Positions 60,401 to 64,000 of a DNA stretch of 64,000 nucleotides are shown in pieces (positions within the stretch are counted from its first letter, which is position 1; the number at the start of each line of letters is the position of its first letter). A program made the translations under genes and the position numbers. The notes below the pieces were generated by a model that ran no database searches, was not told the origin of the DNA, and saw only the letters and a list, made by a program, of their open reading frames with translations. This DNA comes from Pelomyxa schiedti (taxonomy: Eukaryota; Protista; Evosea), in contig JAHLWZ010000151.1 of assembly GCA_020536535.1 (NCBI GenBank), positions 30,965 through 94,964 of the forward strand, in the 5' to 3' direction.

Positions 60401-63400
60401 AGTTGAAAGATTGTTGCACGATCTCCAGGCTTGTGGCTTTGACAAAGTATTGGGGCAAGTGCCAAACAATCCTCCAGTTATCAGCACAACCAAGCTGATT
60501 GATCTCTCTCACGTGTGCCTCCACCTTATACCCTAACCCTAACCTCATATCTCTTTTAGGAAGATTCCCTACCGCTTCTTAAACGTAACTTAAGAGATGG
60601 TGTGGAACTTTCATTCAATTGGCCGGACTGTGTCAAGTAAGTATCCATACAATAAGCTCTCTTCATAACATGAAAACAGAGCAGCGATTTCGCTTAAGGG
60701 GGGATGCACCGAAGTGAAGCTATTTGATTTCGGGCCAGCCGGAGTGGGATCTTTAACAAACCTGATTTGCTCTGGGTTTTCACTTAAATCTTCTATTGTA
60801 AACTGCATGACCGGGTTTGTTGGTCCCAAACCGAAAACAACACCAGCAATTCCACAGGCACCCCAACAAAAGGGCCAAGTCAGAAAGGACACACTTACAC
60901 CAGAGCAACAGATTGTCTACGAGTGGTGGTGTGAGGTACTAGCTGCACCCCCAGAGACAGTGGACGAGGACTTTTTCGAAGCTGGGGGAGACTCAGTTGC
61001 AGCAATCAAGTTTATCGCATGTGCAAGCAAGGGGGGCTGGAAGTTGGAAATCAAGGACTTGTTCCAGTGCAGAACCCTTCGGACTATAACAGAGCTCCTG
61101 CCATCACGAAAGGCCAGTAAGAGCACATCTATTGTGCAACAGCCACACGCAATGCAGAGGCCACCCAAAGTTCCACTTTCATACACACAGATGAGGCTCT
61201 TCTTTATCGATCAACTTGACCCCAACTCTGTTCAGTACAGCACCTGGGGTGCTCTTGTGTTGAAGGGAGCAGCACCCTCCACATCACTTCTCCAACAAGC
61301 AACTCTTGCAGCAGTGCAGAGGCACGAGTCTCTCAGAACTCTGTTTGTGATGAGTGATGGTGACGACAACCCCCACCAGTTGATCCTTCCACCTGAAGAG
61401 GCTCAAGGAGGATTTGAATTCACCGAGTTTGTTTACGATGGCCTTCAAGATGATGAACAACACAAGAAAGAACAGTGGGTCTTGAAGGGTTGTATGAAGG
61501 AGGTCCACAGACCTTTCAACCTCCAAACTGGCCCTCTGTTGAGGTTCTCTGTTTTCCGAGTGTCCAAGGAAGAGACCGTTTTGTTCGTGAATGCTCACCA
61601 CATCATTGTTGATGGGTGGTCTTTTGTTACTTTCGCCAAGGAAATTTCATACAACTACAACAGAGAGTTGGCACTTTCAAAACTCACCACGGAGACTGCA
61701 AAAACAACAATCCAACCCGCCTTGCTTCCACCCCCTCTACCAGCACTGCCCTTCCAGTACGCTGACTTTTCCCTGTGGCAAAGAGAACTGCTGCAGTCAA
61801 CCGAGCTCAAAGATGAGCAGCTGTCGTACTGGAAGAAAGAGTTGGAATGTGCACCAGAAGTATGTGAGCTTCCACTTGACCGACCCAGAGGAACACATCG
61901 CACCTATGCAGCAGGCACCCACACACACATTATTGCACCTGCTCTCTTTGAAGAACTTTGCTCGGTTGGACACACTTGCTGTGATGCCACACCATTCATG
62001 ACAGTTCTGTCCATGTTTCTTCTTTTGCTTCATCTCCACACCCCACGCCACCAAGCACCTTCAGCAGCGGAAGAAGTGGTAGGGTGTGACGTCGTTGTGG
62101 GGATTCCAACAGCAAACCGGCACTACCCCGGAGTGGAGTCTCTCATCGGTTTCTTTGCCAACACCCTTGCCATCAGGCTCAGGATAACCGAGGACAAAGA
62201 CCTCGAGTCTGTGCTTAAACAAGTCAAAGAAAAGGTTTTGGCAGCCCAAGGAGCTCAAGACATCCCCTTCGACTGGGTTGTTGAGGCAATTGGAGTTGGC
62301 CGCAAACTCAACACACAGCCACTTGTGCAAGTGATGTTCATCATGGACGACTGGGACGTAGGCAATCCAAACAATTTCTCTTTGGAAGGAATCCAGGCTG
62401 CAAATCAGTTGAGTGGACTGCAAGCGCCAGTCACCAAGTTCGACTTGACGTTGCACTGTTACGTTGCAAACAAGGAGCTTCACATGGAGTTCGAGTACGC
62501 CAAAGATATCTTGGACGACTCCACCATCCAAAGGATGGGTGCCAACCTGGAAGCATTGATGAAATCAGTGGCCAAGGCCCCATCTCAAGGCATCACAAAG
62601 ATGCTCCCCATCTCAGTTGGTGAGATTCAGCAGCTGGAGCAGTGGAACGCGACCGAGAAGGACATCAGAAGAGGGGGAGTGGCAGTTCACCACCTGTTTG
62701 AAGAAAAGGTTGCAGAGAGACCGAAGGCGACAGCACTCAAGTTCATGGACTCCACGGTGACGTACGAGCAGCTGAACAGCAGGGCGAACCAACTGGCACA
62801 CCACCTCATCGCAACGGGAAAGGTCGGGCCCGGCATCTTCGTGCCGATTGTCGCGGAGAGGTCGATCGAGATGTACGTTGCGGTATACGCAGTTCTCAAG
62901 GCGGGCTCTGCATACATCCCCCTCGACCCTGAATCACCGAGCGACCGCCTGTCGAGCGTCTTTGCCGACTCGCAGCCCCCGTTCGTCCTCCTGTCGAAGA
63001 AATCTCTCTCCAAGTGCCTCCCAAGCGGGTCTCCGCCCACCATCTCGGTTCTCGAAGATTCCAACCTTTGGGAGAGCCAGCCCACGTGCAACCCACCACA
63101 CGCGATCAAGACGGGGCAAGAACCGATTTACGCGATCCTCACTTCTGGCTCGACTGGAAAGCCGAAGTTGGCTGTGAACAACCACATTGGAGCAGTGAAC
63201 CACGGACTGTGGCTCACACAAAAGTTCGGAGTCACATCGGATTCCCGATTCCTCGTCAAGGCACCATTTTACTTCGATGCCTCGGTGGCCGACATTTTCT
63301 TCGTGCTCATTGCCGGTGCATGTGGAGTCCTGTGCCCTCTCGGCTCCGAGATGGATCCTGAGGCTCTCTTGAATATCGTTTCCTCGGAGAAGATCACTTG

Positions 63401-64000
63401 GATCTTCTTTGTTCCGGCGGTTCTGAAAGAGTTCATCAGCGTTGCTCGCTCGAATCCCAACACCAGACAGATGACAACCTCCTTGAAGCTCGTTTATTCG
63501 GGAGGAGACGCTCTCCAGTGGGAAGAAGTGGTCAGATTCGTTGACACGTTTGGTCCGCAGGTCCAGCTGTTCAACGTGTATGGTCCGTCTGAGGCCTCCT
63601 GCGGAACAACCTCGTTCGATTGCACCGAGGCGCTTCCCAGCAGGAACACGCTTTACTCATCCAGCCCTGTTGTTCCACTCGGAAGACCGATCGACAACGT
63701 GACCGTTTTCGTGCTCGACAGGAACCTGAAGCCGGTTCCAGTTGGTGTTGTTGGTGAGATTTACATCGGAGGAATCTCGGTGGGGATGGGATACATGAAC
63801 AGAGACGATCTCAACGCGAAGCACTTTGTCTCTTCCCCCCCAACGCTCTGCGGCGGAAAGCTTTACAGAACTGGTGACCTCGGCAGGTTCCTGCAGAACG
63901 GCGAGATTTCCTTTGTTGGAAGGGCCGACTTCCAAGTCAAGCTCCGCGGCCTGAGGGTCGAGCTCGGTGAGATTGAAGAGTGTTTCCGATCGAACCCCTT
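51401..64000 (+). CDS. Hybrid type I PKS-NRPS megasynthase (KS-AT-DH/MT-ER-KR-ACP-AT-PCP-C-A...), 3' end beyond the window
   Basis: ATG at 51401. Eight GT-AG introns (51433-51520, 52272-52342, 52706-52749, 59649-59703, 59934-59981, 60228-60297, 60513-60559, 60637-60679) restore one frame. KS DTACS/HGTGT/NIGHSE; AT GHSVG/AFHS; DH DHRV..P/HPAVLD; MT LEVGGGTG; KR SYVAGN; ACP GIDSL; PCP GGDSV; C HHIIVDG; A TSGSTGKPK/YGPSE/YRTGDL/GRADFQVK. Confidence 0.95.
59410..60770 (+). other. Internal acyltransferase domain resembling the fungal FAS beta-subunit acetyltransferase (starter AT)
   Basis: AVFGG, DLYSWVQNESSCPSNDVLS, GYSSG (GxSxG), ITGHPTSI, LPVVFPLHN, NWP and LFDFGPAG occur in the same order as the FAS1 AT motifs (FGGQG, GHSQG, VSGPP, FLPVxxPFHS, LDFGPGG). 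Confidence 0.75.
60680..64000 (+). other. Final visible exon encoding NRPS module PCP-C-A (not in the ORF track; no stop before the window end)
   Basis: In-frame DFFEAGGDS (60969), PLSYTQMRLFF, RHESLRT, HHIIVDGWS (61596), QYADFSLWQR, LIGFFANTL, TYEQLNSRANQLA, TSGSTG (63141). Confidence 0.93.

Noticed and set aside
60531-60544. CCCTAACCCTAACC telomere-like motif
   Set aside because: Only two units, located at the branch-point (CTAAC) position of an intron.
60611-63935. Short ORFs listed on both strands over the last 3.4 kb
   Set aside because: Shadows of the unlisted open + frame encoding PCP-C-A.
51401-64000. PKS-NRPS as bacterial or endosymbiont contamination
   Set aside because: It has eight spliceosomal introns matching host style and is contiguous with eukaryotic genes with no intervening gap.
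1-64000. Alternative genetic code or stop readthrough to explain broken ORFs
   Set aside because: The interruptions examined are resolved by short GT-AG or GC-AG introns, and long exons read with the standard code.

Overview
Compact, intron-rich eukaryotic genomic DNA with two 100-N scaffold gaps (13990-14089, 34615-34714). Introns are short (mostly about 40-90 nt), so the ORF track fragments or misses many genes; the models below were spliced by eye. Gene content (Dictyostelium-type STAT, F-BAR-RhoGAP, G-beta, a CFAP97-like ciliary protein, an iron-sulfur-flavoprotein-like gene) suggests a flagellated, probably anaerobic amoebozoan such as an archamoeba; this is inference. About 25 protein-coding genes are present, including STAT, a SAM-tyrosine kinase-ZZ protein, CCDC174, G-beta, NDC80, a Sel1-repeat PINK1-like kinase, a TMC-like channel, SRAP/HMCES, ORC1/CDC6 and PRA1. 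The standout is a hybrid PKS-NRPS megasynthase gene (51401 to beyond 64000) whose NRPS half is absent from the ORF track because the frame runs off the window. Its order is KS-AT-DH[MT nested]-psiKR-ER-KR-ACP-(fungal FAS-beta-like acetyltransferase)-PCP-C-A. It lies head-to-head with an intron-fragmented tandem flavodoxin/ISF-like gene. No RNA genes, CRISPR arrays or intact mobile elements were seen. All family assignments come from motif recognition, not database searches.
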